Source: Adineta vaga | Lineage: Eukaryota > Animalia > Rotifera | Length of the DNA stretch: 64,000 bases | Assembly (NCBI GenBank): GCA_021613535.1 | Contig: CP075494.1 | Coordinates: forward strand, 13,330,001-13,394,000 | Reading direction: 5' to 3' | In this document: piece after piece, positions 50,302-62,340 of the stretch | How positions within the stretch are numbered: the stretch's first letter is position 1 | Layout of the letters: each line of letters starts with the position of its first letter | The notes under the pieces: model-generated | What the model saw: the letters and a program-made list of their open reading frames with translations, nothing else | What the model was told of the DNA's origin: nothing | The model's database searches: none | Position numbers and translations under genes: made by a program

Positions 50302-51255
50302 GCATTAATTCGTCTTTGAGAGAGTAAAGCAGCGCAGAACGAATCTTATGTATTGTTTGTTTTAGCTGTTTTCGTTTAATGCGTTACAACTCAGGAATCG
50401 TACTGTTCGGTTTTTTCACTCAACTCTGGTTGTTATTTCAACAATATTTTTTGTTGAAGAAACGAAAAGAAAACAATGCGCAGTTTATTTCTTCTTTTCT
50501 TCATTGATTCGTTTAATCACTCAACAGATTTTGCTGATGATGCAAGTATTATGAATTAGATCAGCAATAATAAAAACAGACGAGTGCAGGTCGAAGAATA
50601 ATTTCAGATGACATTGGTTGTTTAAATGACAGAAAACCTTGGAAATCATCGAATTGAGTTTTTTTTATCAAATTTTTGTTTTTTTTCTTATTATGTAACT
50701 CAATTCAAGAAATAAAGGGATTTCACTTGAAATAGGAACATCTTTGATGAATGTGTTTACATCAAATTTTCTCCAATCTTTGTCGTCAACAAACAAATTT
50801 TAATTGTCAACAAAAGAAAATCTTTCAACAGTTAATGCAAAATGAATGTATGACACCATCAATGTTTTGTCATCAATACGCCTTTTATCCATTTGAAAAA
50901 AGAACATTTCGTTCGATTATTAGAATTCTTGATTGGTTATAGCAAAAAGAAAATAAATAGATGAAAGCACTCATGTATTCTTCGATGTCTTAACACTACT
51001 GTGTCAATATAACGGAATGATATCCTTGTATTCTTTTCTCCTTCTATAACAAGTTATCGGTTTTGGCTTCTTCTCTCTTTTTTTTATCCGAGGAAAAGTT
51101 ATTTCTTGCTCGTTCTCCGATCGGAATGGATAATCTAAGAATACATTTTCCAGTAACAATCTGGTAATATTTCTTCTATTTGCTATCCGACTGATAAATA
51201 GTCTTACATACGTACGTACGTACAGATAGATAAACAAACGTCGAAGAAAAAGAAA

Positions 51256-52035
51256 ATGGCATCAGTTAATTCTATTGAAGATGAAGCTGAACTTCAGAAA
51301 ATGGTTTGATGAATTTTTTTAACCAAACGATTTATAATATGAATTTCATTTTCTTGTAGTTTAATGCGGCAACAGATCCGGAAGAACGTAAAATTGTTCG
51401 TAAACGTTTATTAGAAGTGAAGAAAATTAATAGTGGTATGTATTGTTATTATTTCGAAGAAATCGTTTTTCAGTAAGATTTCTGATAGAAAAACGTGAAA
51501 AAGAACGAATTGAACGTGAACAACGTCGAGACGATGATATTAAACGACGAAATCAAGCTCAAATTGAAGAAAATCTTCAACGAATGAAAGTTTTTGAAGA
51601 TACAGCGAAAAGTTTTGGAGCAAAACTTGAAACATCAATTGATAAATTAAGAGATCAAGCACTTAAAGATAAGCAAGCCTACATTGAAAAAGAACGCAAA
51701 GCGTAGGAATCTTTGAATTAAATTTCTACTATTTTTCTTTGTTTCTTTTCTCTATCAGTGAATTAGCTCGAATTGAAGCAGCAGCTAAACAACATTTATC
51801 CGCAAGTATTGGTACCGATAAAAATGATTCAATGAAAGTATATATCGATTGAAAATCATCGTATTGATGTTAATATTTCATTTTGTTTCAGCAACGTCAA
51901 CAATGGGTTATGGAAGATAAAGAAATAGATAAGAAAAATTTGAAAGATTTATCAAAATATACAGCAGGTTCAACATGTAAGTTGATTTTTTACGAAGTTT
52001 TACATAAGTTTTTCTTTTATTTTTTAGCGAAATAA
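51256..52035 (+). CDS. Small coiled-coil protein with an N-terminal smoothelin-like motif, 6 exons
   Basis: MASVNSIEDEAELQKMFNAATDPEERKIVRKRLLEVK resembles the smoothelin repeat (IEDE..L..M...TD.EER..IR). Clean GT-AG introns; TAA at 52033-52035. Confidence 0.7.
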
Positions 52036-52107
52036 ACAAGAAGCGAGAATACATGTATATTTTATCTACGAACACACGCACACAAAAAACAAACGGACTG
52101 ATTTCTT

Positions 52108-52947
52108 TTAAATAAAAGCAACTATAATCATTGAAATAATAATCATTATATTTGATATCATTTTATATGAGCTGTTAACAGTTGAAGTTGGAGTTGGAGT
52201 TGGAGTTGGAGTTGGAGTTAGAGTTGGAGTTGCAGTTAGAGTTGTAATTGATTGACAATGAGTATCTAGACGATACGTTGTATTATCTATTGAACTTGCA
52301 TATTGAGTATAAATACAAACATTATAATATGTTTCTGCCATTAAATTTGTAAAAGAAAACGTCTGTATATTCGTAAATGTTACATTGGAAGTTGCATTTG
52401 TAGTTGTTGGTGTTAGAGTTCCATTTATATTCGATGTTATATTAACCATATCATAGGGTAAAGTTTGAGGATAATAAACTTGAACCATTATTGTATTATT
52501 TGTAACGAGTGAAGCTGTAATATTCATTTGATCAATGGGTGGTATTGTGGAATTTAGTGGTGCTCTTGTTAACATACAGTCATGTGTATCATCAAGTATT
52601 GAGTTGTTTTGATATGTTCGAACCCATTGAAAACATCCGATTACATAATCTCCCGGTATTAAAGCTGCACCGGGAGTAACCCATGGTAAAGATGTATTAC
52701 CATTGGAAAAATTTGCCCATTGAAAAGGATAAATTTGAGGATTTGTTTTTTCATTGTTGACAAAATCATAAATATTAAATCTTATAAAAAGATTATCGAA
52801 ACGAAAATCATTTGGATAAATTATTGTGAAATTCAACAACGAACTATCATTTGTTGATACATATACTGGACCAAGAGTGGGATGAGTAACATCAGCATGA
52901 ATTTGTGATAAAGAAAGTAACGAAAGAAAAGTAACGAAGATAAACAT
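52108..52947 (-). CDS. Secreted or GPI-anchored glycoprotein with FN3-like domain and (TP)n stalk
   Basis: Signal peptide, many N-x-S/T sites, FTNLMAETYYNVCI (FN3-like), TPTPTP and a hydrophobic C-terminus. Confidence 0.75.
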   Translation of the reverse strand: MFIFVTFLSLLSLSQIHADVTHPTLGPVYVSTNDSSLLNFTIIYPNDFRFDNLFIRFNIYDFVNNEKTNPQIYPFQWANFSNGNTSLPWVTPGAALIPGDYVIGCFQWVRTYQNNSILDDTHDCMLTRAPLNSTIPPIDQMNITASLVTNNTIMVQVYYPQTLPYDMVNITSNINGTLTPTTTNATSNVTFTNIQTFSFTNLMAETYYNVCIYTQYASSIDNTTYRLDTHCQSITTLTATPTLTPTPTPTPTPTSTVNSSYKMISNIMIIISMIIVAFI

Positions 52948-53720
52948 GATTAAATCTTATGTTATACTAAATAATCGAAATAGGGGTATTAATATAAATG
53001 AGATCGCTCAAGCATATTACGCGTATTATAGAGTACACAAATATGATGGATTTCTTTTGTAGAAGAAATTTAAAAGTTAATCAAGCGAATATATTGTTAT
53101 TTAGAAAATTGTTTTGTTAGAAAGGTGTATAGATGTTCGTTTGATCCGAACTACGTATAAATGATTTATGATATAATTTCAAATATTTTTTACCTATCTA
53201 TATATGAATCATATATGCAAACAAATCTCTAAATATCTATTTTTTATTGTGCGTAGTATTGTAGTCATATGATATGATTGATTTTGATTTACAAATGAAT
53301 TTACTCCTCAAAAGTTTAACAAAAAAAATATATAAATCATTTTAAAAAGAATTAACAATGATTCAGTCTATAGCAAATCGACTTGGATTTTACGAAATGA
53401 ACAAAATATCTAATCTAAAAGATTAAACATAAATTGTCTTCTATCATAGAAGAGGACGCTAGTATCCGTTTTCTTTCGTTCAACTGTTGTCCGTTCGTTC
53501 ATTATCCATCCACCCACATACATATACAAGCTCTCTATGTATTTCATCCCCAATGATGATTTTTCTTTTTTTCTCTCTCTCTGATTATGATCACGATCAG
53601 TCAAGAGATGGAAGAAAAGTCTTAACGAATATTTTCTTTAATCTTGTCATTCTATTCAATAGAAACTCATTTATTAATTGTTCTCGCTTCTCTTTTTCTC
53701 TTCTTCAAAAAGACAATAAA

Positions 53721-55465
53721 ATGATGTCAATACCATTTATGGATCAATCAGTTACATCAATTGCATCTTCATCTACACATTTCGATCTCATATCTCATCG
53801 TCCATCACATTCACCAGCTTCGACATCATCCTTACCTGTATGGAAATCATATTTATACAATTTACAAATGCAAGCACCAAAACCAATTCCAATCATATGC
53901 CGAACATCTCAACCACGTCGTCCAAAACAATATGGTTTAGAATTTCATGGTCTTCTATCACGTACAGATGCCGATCAATTAATGTCAACATCAACTGATG
54001 GTTCATATCTTGTTCGTGAATCATTAAATCCACCAAATTCTTATACATTAGCAATAAAATTTAATAATGAAGTGAAAAATTATAAGTTATTTTTCGATTT
54101 ACAAACATCCACACATTATGTGGGTGAAAAACATTTCGATACATTGAATGATCTCGTACATGATGGATTAATCTCATTTTATTTGGAATCAAAAGCAAGT
54201 GATTATATTGCTCTAATGGCATGTGATTCGCAATGTTATACAAATGAAAGTCCATACGGACAATATAAAGCACAATTATTACATCGTGCACAAACACAAA
54301 ATAATAATTTCAATTCAAATGACAATCATGTATGAATACGAAGAATACATTGTTCAAATTCTTTCTTTTGATTATTTTTTCTTATAGGATTCACCAATAA
54401 ATCGTTCTATAACACAGAATCAACCACAAATTGATCAAACGAATTTAAATTATCTTTCACCATCACTACGCAATCCATCAACTGTTCAACAACGTTCATC
54501 ATCGATAATAAATTCTACACCAATGAATCCTAGTCAAAAATTTCCAGCATCAAATCCATTATTCTTTGATCGAATTCTTATAATGCAAGCAGAAAAAGGA
54601 CATAATTTCAAAATGTATTCATTTAAAGGACCACATTGGTGTGATTATTGTGCTAATTTTCTTTGGGGTTTAGTACAGCAAGGTGTCAAATGTGCTGATT
54701 GCGGGTTTGAAGCACATAAACGATGTTCAGAAAAAGTTCCACAAGATTGTGTAAGAGTTTTTCTTTTTGCATGACGCGCTTAGTAAGACTACTTGAACTG
54801 ATAATGTAATACGATTTTTATTCTTTTAGGTACCACAAATGAAATATTTAAAATCAATTTTTGGTGTTGATTTAACAACGTTAATTAAAGCAACAACTCC
54901 AGCTTTATCAGCTGCTTCTCTAACACCAGTCGTATTAGAAAAATGTATTAATGAAATTGAATCACGTCCACATGCACTTGATACTGAAGGTCTCTATCGA
55001 ATTGCTGGCTTTTCTGATACAGTTGAAGAAATCAAATTAGCATTCGAACGTGATTGTGATCATGTTGATCTTTCTCAAGAACGTTATCCTGATATTCATG
55101 CCATTAGTTGTTTATTGAAATTATATTTAAGACAATTACCCATCCCCCTTGTAACATTTGATATACATAGTCAATTACTTGAACTTCGTCCATCTGCTCT
55201 ATGTGTAACAACAGTTCGTCCAATTATTCGTCGTTTACCACCAGCTCATTTTCATACATTAAGATATTTATGTGAACATCTATTAACTGTTTCTCAACAT
55301 TCAATGCAAAATCAAATGACAATTGAAAATTTAGCTATTGTATTTGCACCAACAATTATGCGATCAGAAAATCCCGATCCAATGATTGGATTAAAAAATT
55401 CGAAATCAATTCAACGTCTACTAGAAATTATCATCGAACAAGTACACGATATCTTTGCTGCTTGA
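53721..55465 (+). CDS. CHN: Chimaerin (SH2-C1-RhoGAP), 3 exons
   Basis: [17 protein letters not shown]2 FHGLLSR...GSYLVRES, C1 [17 protein letters not shown], Rho[13 protein letters not shown] and [12 protein letters not shown]. Confidence 0.95.
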
Positions 55466-56101
55466 ATGCAAAAAAAAACAGATTCTTTTTTTCTTTCATT
55501 CTATCTAAAATACTATGACATGTACATTTATATCTTATATTTGCAATATTTGACAGAATAAATGAATTACTCTGAAATATACAATGTTTGTCCAATATGA
55601 TAATATCATTACCTAATGGAAAAGGAACGAACGCGAGTTAGGCACCTTGATTTTGTTTAATTACAAAAATGGATTTTGTTTTTGAAAAAGTGTCATTATT
55701 TATATTTATCTGATCATCATTTTCTACATATTCGTCGTTTCAGTTGATACAAACAGAAAGGTAGTATACAAAGTATGGGTTCTGATTAAAGAAAGATGTA
55801 CACTGATACGGCGTTATTTGTGATTAAATTTCGTCTATTTCTCATATCTAATTTAATTTTCGTCGCTAAAATCTCCGAGTAATATGTCTCTTTTCTTTTG
55901 TGTGACATGAAGCGTACTTCCTCACGCGTAGTGCGATTTTCGTCCAAGTACTCATATTTAATTTATGATATTTTTCTATATTGCACTTATTTCTTCACAA
56001 CTACTGAAAAAGCACTGCTTATAGGATAATCAGTGACATTATTTGCTCGTAAAGTAAACAGATTAATACTTATTTCATACTGATCAAGTCTAAGTCAAGA
56101 A

Positions 56102-57376
56102 ATGCCTGGAGTTGCAGCTATACTTCATGCTCCGGCTCTCTTCTTACGAATTTTTCTTAATGTAGCAGCAGGAAGTGCTGGTGTGTCTGTCGTTGCTGCA
56201 ACTGTTGTTATCGGTGTTGTTATTGTAGGAAAAATGACGGATCCTCCACATCCAGGTGACGATCATTTTCGTGATACAACAATAATATTACAATCATCTG
56301 CATCAATTGCTTTCAATCGAATAATTCAAGTGTATGAAATGGACGTATACTACAATGCAACAGAAGCATTGTTGGATCTCTCGAAACGATTAAACGACCA
56401 TCTGAAACAAAAATTTCCAAGAATGTTTGTTAAAGCTGTTACTTCGGGATTTTCCTTAAAACCTCAGACAGATGTCTCTCGGAGAAAACGACGATATCCG
56501 TACTGTCATGAATGTCTTCTCAAACTATTGGCAGAAAACGCTGCTAGAGAGAAACGTGATTCTTCATCGGTAGACCATGGTGTAAGAGACCATTTGCTGT
56601 ATCCACCTTCTATCATAGGCGAAACTTCAAAAGCAACAACTACAACAACAACAACTACAATAACAACAACAACAACAACAACAACAACTACAACAGAAAC
56701 AACAACTACAACAACAACAACAACAACAGAAACAACAACTACTCCGGCTGCAACTAGTATGATTGACGATAGTTCTACCGAGACATCAGCCTATATAGAG
56801 ACAGATACTATTGTGACGTCAATCTCCCCAGAGACAGATTCTACTACGATTACCGGCATTGTCTCGACTGCTTCAGCTTCTAAATCAACCAACACTATTA
56901 GTGCGAGCTCCATAACAGCATCCGAGCTACTAACGACCTCTAATAATATCAATGTTAGTAATTGCAGTCTTTCGACGCATAATGGTACTATCAAAAAATC
57001 CGTTATTTTTATCAATAGTACACTTTATTTCAATGTTACAACTTTTAAGGATATTGATATTGCATCGATTATTGATGCATTAAAGTCATTTAATCCAATT
57101 ATTGAATTGGCTGATAAATGTATTAAAAAAAGTCCTGATACAAGTTCCTTCAATGCCACGTTGTCTAAAGTAGAACCGCCGTATAAGGTCGAAGTTGATC
57201 TGTCATTCTTGAAAGAAGATAATACTATTCCACCATCATTATTGAGTCAAGCGAATTCGATTATTCCACCCATCGTAATAGCAGAAAATGGCACAACAAC
57301 AACAACACCAACACCCACACCTACACCAACCACAGCAACGTCAACGATAACAACTGGAACACCCGTTGTAGGATGA
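56102..57376 (+). CDS. Thr-rich mucin-like protein with N-terminal hydrophobic anchor and furin-like RRKRR site
   Basis: 424-aa intronless ORF with hydrophobic VSVVAATVVIGVVIVG, RRKRR, and a poly-Thr tract encoded by (ACA)n at ~56635-56740. Confidence 0.7.
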   Translation: MPGVAAILHAPALFLRIFLNVAAGSAGVSVVAATVVIGVVIVGKMTDPPHPGDDHFRDTTIILQSSASIAFNRIIQVYEMDVYYNATEALLDLSKRLNDHLKQKFPRMFVKAVTSGFSLKPQTDVSRRKRRYPYCHECLLKLLAENAAREKRDSSSVDHGVRDHLLYPPSIIGETSKATTTTTTTTITTTTTTTTTTTETTTTTTTTTTETTTTPAATSMIDDSSTETSAYIETDTIVTSISPETDSTTITGIVSTASASKSTNTISASSITASELLTTSNNINVSNCSLSTHNGTIKKSVIFINSTLYFNVTTFKDIDIASIIDALKSFNPIIELADKCIKKSPDTSSFNATLSKVEPPYKVEVDLSFLKEDNTIPPSLLSQANSIIPPIVIAENGTTTTTPTPTPTPTTATSTITTGTPVVG

Positions 57377-57729
57377 AATTATTATATCGAAATAAAACTT
57401 TTTATGTATTCTGATCAATTGATCAAAGTGTTTTTCATGTATTTGCTGTAGAAAGTGTCTTATACGATAAATAAAAACGAAATAACGCATTTAAATTACA
57501 TATCTATTTCGAAGCTCCTTGATTTCGTTCATTCATATTAAAAAAATGACCGTAGGCAAAAAGGTTTTTCTGTCTGAAATGCACACGTGCGAGCAAAGAT
57601 AATACATAAACGATTTATATACCAGTTACTTTATTAAGAAAAAAAGATATATATATATGAAAATATAAAATACAATATTGCTAGATTAAGAAATGTGCAT
57701 AACTAATGTTTACATGTTAAATCGAGCTT

Positions 57730-58030
57730 TTATTTTATACTCTTTTGATGAGTACCACTTTCATCTTTGATTTCGAGTCGATCCGGATGACCTTCATTAG
57801 TGTATGATGAAGCATGTGCATCAGAGACTACTGTTTTACCATGCTAAACAAAACGAATGTATACAGATGATAATTCTAACTGAAATCGTATATCAATAAC
57901 TTACATCGAAAGTACCTTCAGCAGATGCGTCTTTGCCTTTAACTATTGCTGGGTTATCACCAATTTTTACTGATGATGCTGAATGTGAATGTGTTTCCCA
58001 ATGTCCTTCGGTTTTAGAATGATCCGACAT
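57730..58030 (-). CDS. 79-aa hydrophilic His/Ser-rich protein, 2 exons (missed by the ORF track)
   Basis: Exons 58030-57905 and 57843-57730 give MSDHSKTEGHWETHSHSASSVKIGDNPAIVKGKDASAEGTFDHGKTVVSDAHASSYTNEGHPDRLEIKDESGTHQKSIK*. The intron is canonical gtaagt...tttag, and a TATATA-like box lies upstream. Confidence 0.7.
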
Positions 58031-58466
58031 ATTGATATTTCGAAGAGGTTAATAAGAACGATGTATAAAATCTTTTGACTTTATGTATCAATGAAATGAA
58101 CGATAAGAAGGTAGATGGTACATATATATACACACACACACTATCTTTTTCTTTTCTTTTCTTTTCGTTTTTTTTCTTTCAGGGCAATCAGTATGAATAA
58201 AACATAGGAGTGCCTAAATATAGTCTCTAGACAACAACCAGGCCTTCATCCAGCCCCATAAAATGAGAGATTAAAGTACGCCATATTTTTCTTCTCCTTA
58301 ATCATCGATATTTGCGTCTTTATATGTCCTAGAAATGACAGCTATCGACGGAGATTTATCTGCGGACATTTTCATAGATATTATTCAAACGAATACTTTC
58401 TTTTGTTCTATAGTTTGCACACGATATATTCTTTGACGTCATTCTTGTTACTCTGTATATTTCAAT

Positions 58467-59795
58467 ATGACATCTGAAGGTGAAATTTTCGATGTAATTA
58501 TTGTAGGATGTGGTCCTAGTGGTATATCAGCAGCAATTGAATTTCAAAAGACACCATTACTAAAATTTACTTTACTCGAAGCACGAGATCGCGTTGGTGG
58601 TCGTGTTATTACCGATATAGATACATTTGGTAAAACTGCTCCCGTAGATTTAGGTGCTCAATGGATGCATCATTATCGACCTGAAAATCCTCTACATAAA
58701 TATCATCAATCATCCGAAAGTTTTCATTTAGACTATCATTTTATTTTGCGTTCACCAACGACACCTATCTTTGATATTGATGGTGTACAAATATCTACAG
58801 AGAAAATCAATCAAGCTGACGAGATTTTCAATCGATTATGTACACAAATCGTCGAATCATCAGTAGCACTTTCAGTCGATAAATCAGTATATGATGTCAT
58901 TAAAATTGAATTGGAAAATTTGAATATCGATTCTCAAGTGAGACGATTAATTGATTTACATTTTGGTTTTATAGAACAATATGAAGCAGAAAATCTCGAT
59001 AAACTTTCTGCAAAATCTTTTCTAAAATCTGATGATGGTCTTGAAGAGTTCAATTTAGCAATGCCGAATGGCTATGGTACATTAATCCAACAAATTGTTC
59101 AACAATATCAATTACCCATTCAATTAAATTCAATTGTTACTCGAATAGATGCATCTTCTTCTGATTCATTCGTTCGAATCTATACACAAGATGAACGAAT
59201 ATTTCGTTGTAAATATGTTCTTGTGACTATTCCACTCGGATGTTTAAAACATCATTCCATTGAATTTATACCAAAATTACCCGAATGGAAACAGAATGCT
59301 ATTGACATTATGGGTGTTGGTGTGGCAGATAAAATTTTCCTTCAATTTCCATATGTCTTTTGGGATACAAAGTATACTACTATACTGTGTACATCACCTC
59401 GATTTCGTTTTATTTTATGTCGACCGAATGATTGTATTCTTCAAGTTAAGATTGTTGCTCGTGTAGCAAAAGAAATTGAAGAAAAGCCTGACCAAGAAAC
59501 CATTGATGAATTAATGATTTTATTACGAAAATGTTTTCCAGATCAAAATATTTCTGAACCAAGTCGATATTTGATTACAAAATGGAATCAAGATCCATTT
59601 GCAAAAGGTGCTTATTCGTATTTTGCTGTAGGTGCAGATAATCAAACTTTAATTGATCTAGCTCGAGAATGTCATGAACGAGTTTATTGGGCCGGTGAAC
59701 ATGCGAATTATAATGGAACACTTGGATGTGTGGATAGTGCATTCAATAGTGGACAATGTGAAGCGAAACGAATAGTAGAGAAATTGAAAATATAA
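58467..59795 (+). CDS. Flavin-containing amine oxidase (polyamine oxidase/LSD1-like catalytic domain), intronless
   Basis: VIIVGCGPSGISAA, LEARDRVGGR, DLGAQWMH, VTIPLGCLK, WNQDPFAKGAYSY, WAGEH and DSAFNSG. Confidence 0.93.
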   Translation: MTSEGEIFDVIIVGCGPSGISAAIEFQKTPLLKFTLLEARDRVGGRVITDIDTFGKTAPVDLGAQWMHHYRPENPLHKYHQSSESFHLDYHFILRSPTTPIFDIDGVQISTEKINQADEIFNRLCTQIVESSVALSVDKSVYDVIKIELENLNIDSQVRRLIDLHFGFIEQYEAENLDKLSAKSFLKSDDGLEEFNLAMPNGYGTLIQQIVQQYQLPIQLNSIVTRIDASSSDSFVRIYTQDERIFRCKYVLVTIPLGCLKHHSIEFIPKLPEWKQNAIDIMGVGVADKIFLQFPYVFWDTKYTTILCTSPRFRFILCRPNDCILQVKIVARVAKEIEEKPDQETIDELMILLRKCFPDQNISEPSRYLITKWNQDPFAKGAYSYFAVGADNQTLIDLARECHERVYWAGEHANYNGTLGCVDSAFNSGQCEAKRIVEKLKI

Positions 59796-59972
59796 GAAAT
59801 GAAAATCGTTTTTGTTCGATTATTCAGCTGAAAAACAAATATTTTCGTTTTAAGTTTAATCCAAGTACCTTTTTCTTGTATTTATTTTGATGAAATATAC
59901 TTTTATTCTCTTATTCATATCATCTGTTAAAATGACTAGATTTGATTTTCAAGAATTTAAAACATATGAAAA

Positions 59973-59985
59973 TTAATGTCTTATT

Positions 59986-60018
<33 letters not shown>

Positions 60019-60485
60019 TTAGAATTTTCGTCAGTAGTCTCTGCAGCTACTGTTATCGTTGTCGTTGTTGGACTAGCGATTGTTCGTGGACGACGTTGTT
60101 GATTAGCAAGATTAGTAATTTGACTAAGCCGTAAGTAAAGATCATGATAAATTGTTCGCTCTGGATCACATGAAATCAATTGATGACATAATCTTTTCGC
60201 TTGTACCCATGCTTTACGTTGTATAGCGCTCAATAAAGGATACATTAATGTATCTGGTGGTAGATATTGCGGTGATAATGATGGTACAACACGTTTTCGT
60301 CGTCGTCGTGATGCTGGTGTCGATCGTTCAGGCAAAGATATACTTCGACTCCAGAATAAACGGGACTATAAACAAGCGCAATCGAATAGATATAACGAAT
60401 GTAAAACATAATTTACCTCTTCATCTATTTTCTCGATGTTTAGTGAAAGGGAAGATTGTATTTCTTGGTTCTTTTCGTTTGCCAT
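59973..60485 (-). CDS. Small protein with ERICH2-like helical motif and acidic tail, 2 exons
   Basis: MANEKNQEIQ...EE spliced to SRLFWSRS. PPDTLMYPLLSAIQRKAWVQAKRLCHQLISCDPE resembles the ERICH2 AKKLCQMILIYEPE segment as I recall it. Confidence 0.5.
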
Positions 60486-60818
60486 TGACACAATACATTT
60501 ATTATGTTTGCAATTTATATTGAAGAAAATCTCATATTTTATTGCGTGTCAGTTAAAGCGATACTATTAATTAATTTAAAACAGGAGAAAAGATTTACAG
60601 ATTAACATGTCTAATCATACATAGCAACAAAATAGTTCGTTGTTATTTCGATCTGTTATACTGATAAATAGCGCCCTCATGTCAATCGATTGACCATTTC
60701 ATTGTATATGCACTGCTGACATATGTTTCGATTGGTTTGACCGAACGAAGAATAGAAAAAAACTGACCTTTCCTACTTCAACAATAATTTATTTCGAAAA
60801 CATACGACCATTACAATC

Positions 60819-62173
60819 ATGACTGAAGTTAAACGTGGTACACTTAAATATTATCATCGTACGTCAAGATTTATAGTAATTTAAATAGAGAATTTCTAAT
60901 TATTTTTATATATTTATAGGAGGTTTATTGAGTAAAAAGTGGAGAGAATATCGATTTATTTTATACGATTCAAGTTTACTTACCTGGTATGCAGATATTA
61001 AACATAAAAAACCTGATGGCATGGTTTTACTCAAAGTAATTCTTGTAATTTACATTTATTTTTGAAAATTATTTCTTCGTCTTGTTTAAGGATGTTGAAC
61101 GATTTATTTGTGTTGGACCATATACTAGGTGAGTCTATTGATATTTACTTCTTTCTATCTTTTTCATACAATTTCAATAGATTTTTACCTGATTTTCCTC
61201 ATTTGGATAATGAATATGATCAAGTCGCATTAATTGCTTTTCCTATGTCTATCAAATATCGTGATCGAGATATTGTTTGGCTTTTATGTGAAGATGTCAA
61301 TGATTTAAAGTAAGTAATCCTTACATCAATCAAATTATTAACGATTCTTTCTTTTGAAGTGACTGGATGAAAGCAATTGTTCAAACAGTATGTCGAATCA
61401 TCAAATTTTCTTTTCATTCTACTATGTATATATTCTTTAGTTACCATCTCATACATTACGTATGGAAAGATTAGTCCAACCATCTTCGCCATCAATGGAA
61501 AGTGAATCTCAACTGACATCTGAAATAACTTCACGTATGTATTTGATTTGATTTGATTTCAACAAGTAGATATTTATGAATACATCACTTTTGTGTTTTC
61601 TAGCTGAAGTTGATAGTCCAAAACCATTACTATTTCGAGCTAGTGAAATGGGAATTCCATTAGTAGCAGGCTTTGTTGGAACTCGTCTTCAAGGTCATAC
61701 AATGGGGTCCAAAGAAAATCCATTACAAAAAGCAGGTTATGATTATGGTGATACTCTTTGGGGAACAGGTGAAGGTTGGGGTAACTTTTCCCCGGTAAAT
61801 AAATATACGTATTATAAGTAGTGAAGAATTCTTTGTTTTTGTTTTTCTTCAGATGGATGTTCCTGGTTTTGCTGCTATTGGTGGTAGTGGTTGTTATTCA
61901 AATCATATAGATTTAATTCGCAATGACGATGATGAAGAACGATTAAAAGATGTTGAAGATCGTGTTGGTGAATTAGCTGATTCTGAAGAAGCAGTTGAAG
62001 AAGCGACCTATGAATTATCCAAAAACAAAGTTGATGATGAAGAAGAATCATATCAGCGAGATGATGGAAGTGATGAGAAGAGTTCATCGTCAAGTGATAA
62101 CGATGAAGAAGATGAAATTATATCACAGATTGAAGAAGATTTACAAATGATCGATAGCGAGGATGAAAATTGA
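60819..62173 (+). CDS. PH-domain protein (PLEKHB/evectin-like N-terminus) with acidic C-terminus, multi-exon
   Basis: MTEVKRGTLKYYH..GLLSKKWREYRFILYDSSLLTWY...ICVG...WLLCEDVNDLNDWMKAI assembled over short introns. Confidence 0.8.
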
Positions 62174-62340
62174 AGAATGTTTCTCATGTAAATTTTTTGT
62201 TGTTGTTTTTTTTTCTTTGGACATAATTATTCATTTAAATTTAAACAGAACTATCTGTTATTCCAGCAAGAAAATAAAAAGCTTTTTCATAATAATTATT
62301 CATTTAATTTATTTGAAAAAGCAAAAAGTACAAGTGAAAT

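Noticed and set aside
50531-50567. Hairpin containing CTGATGA, considered as a hammerhead ribozyme or C/D snoRNA
   Set aside because: No GAAA core with stems II/III and no D box.
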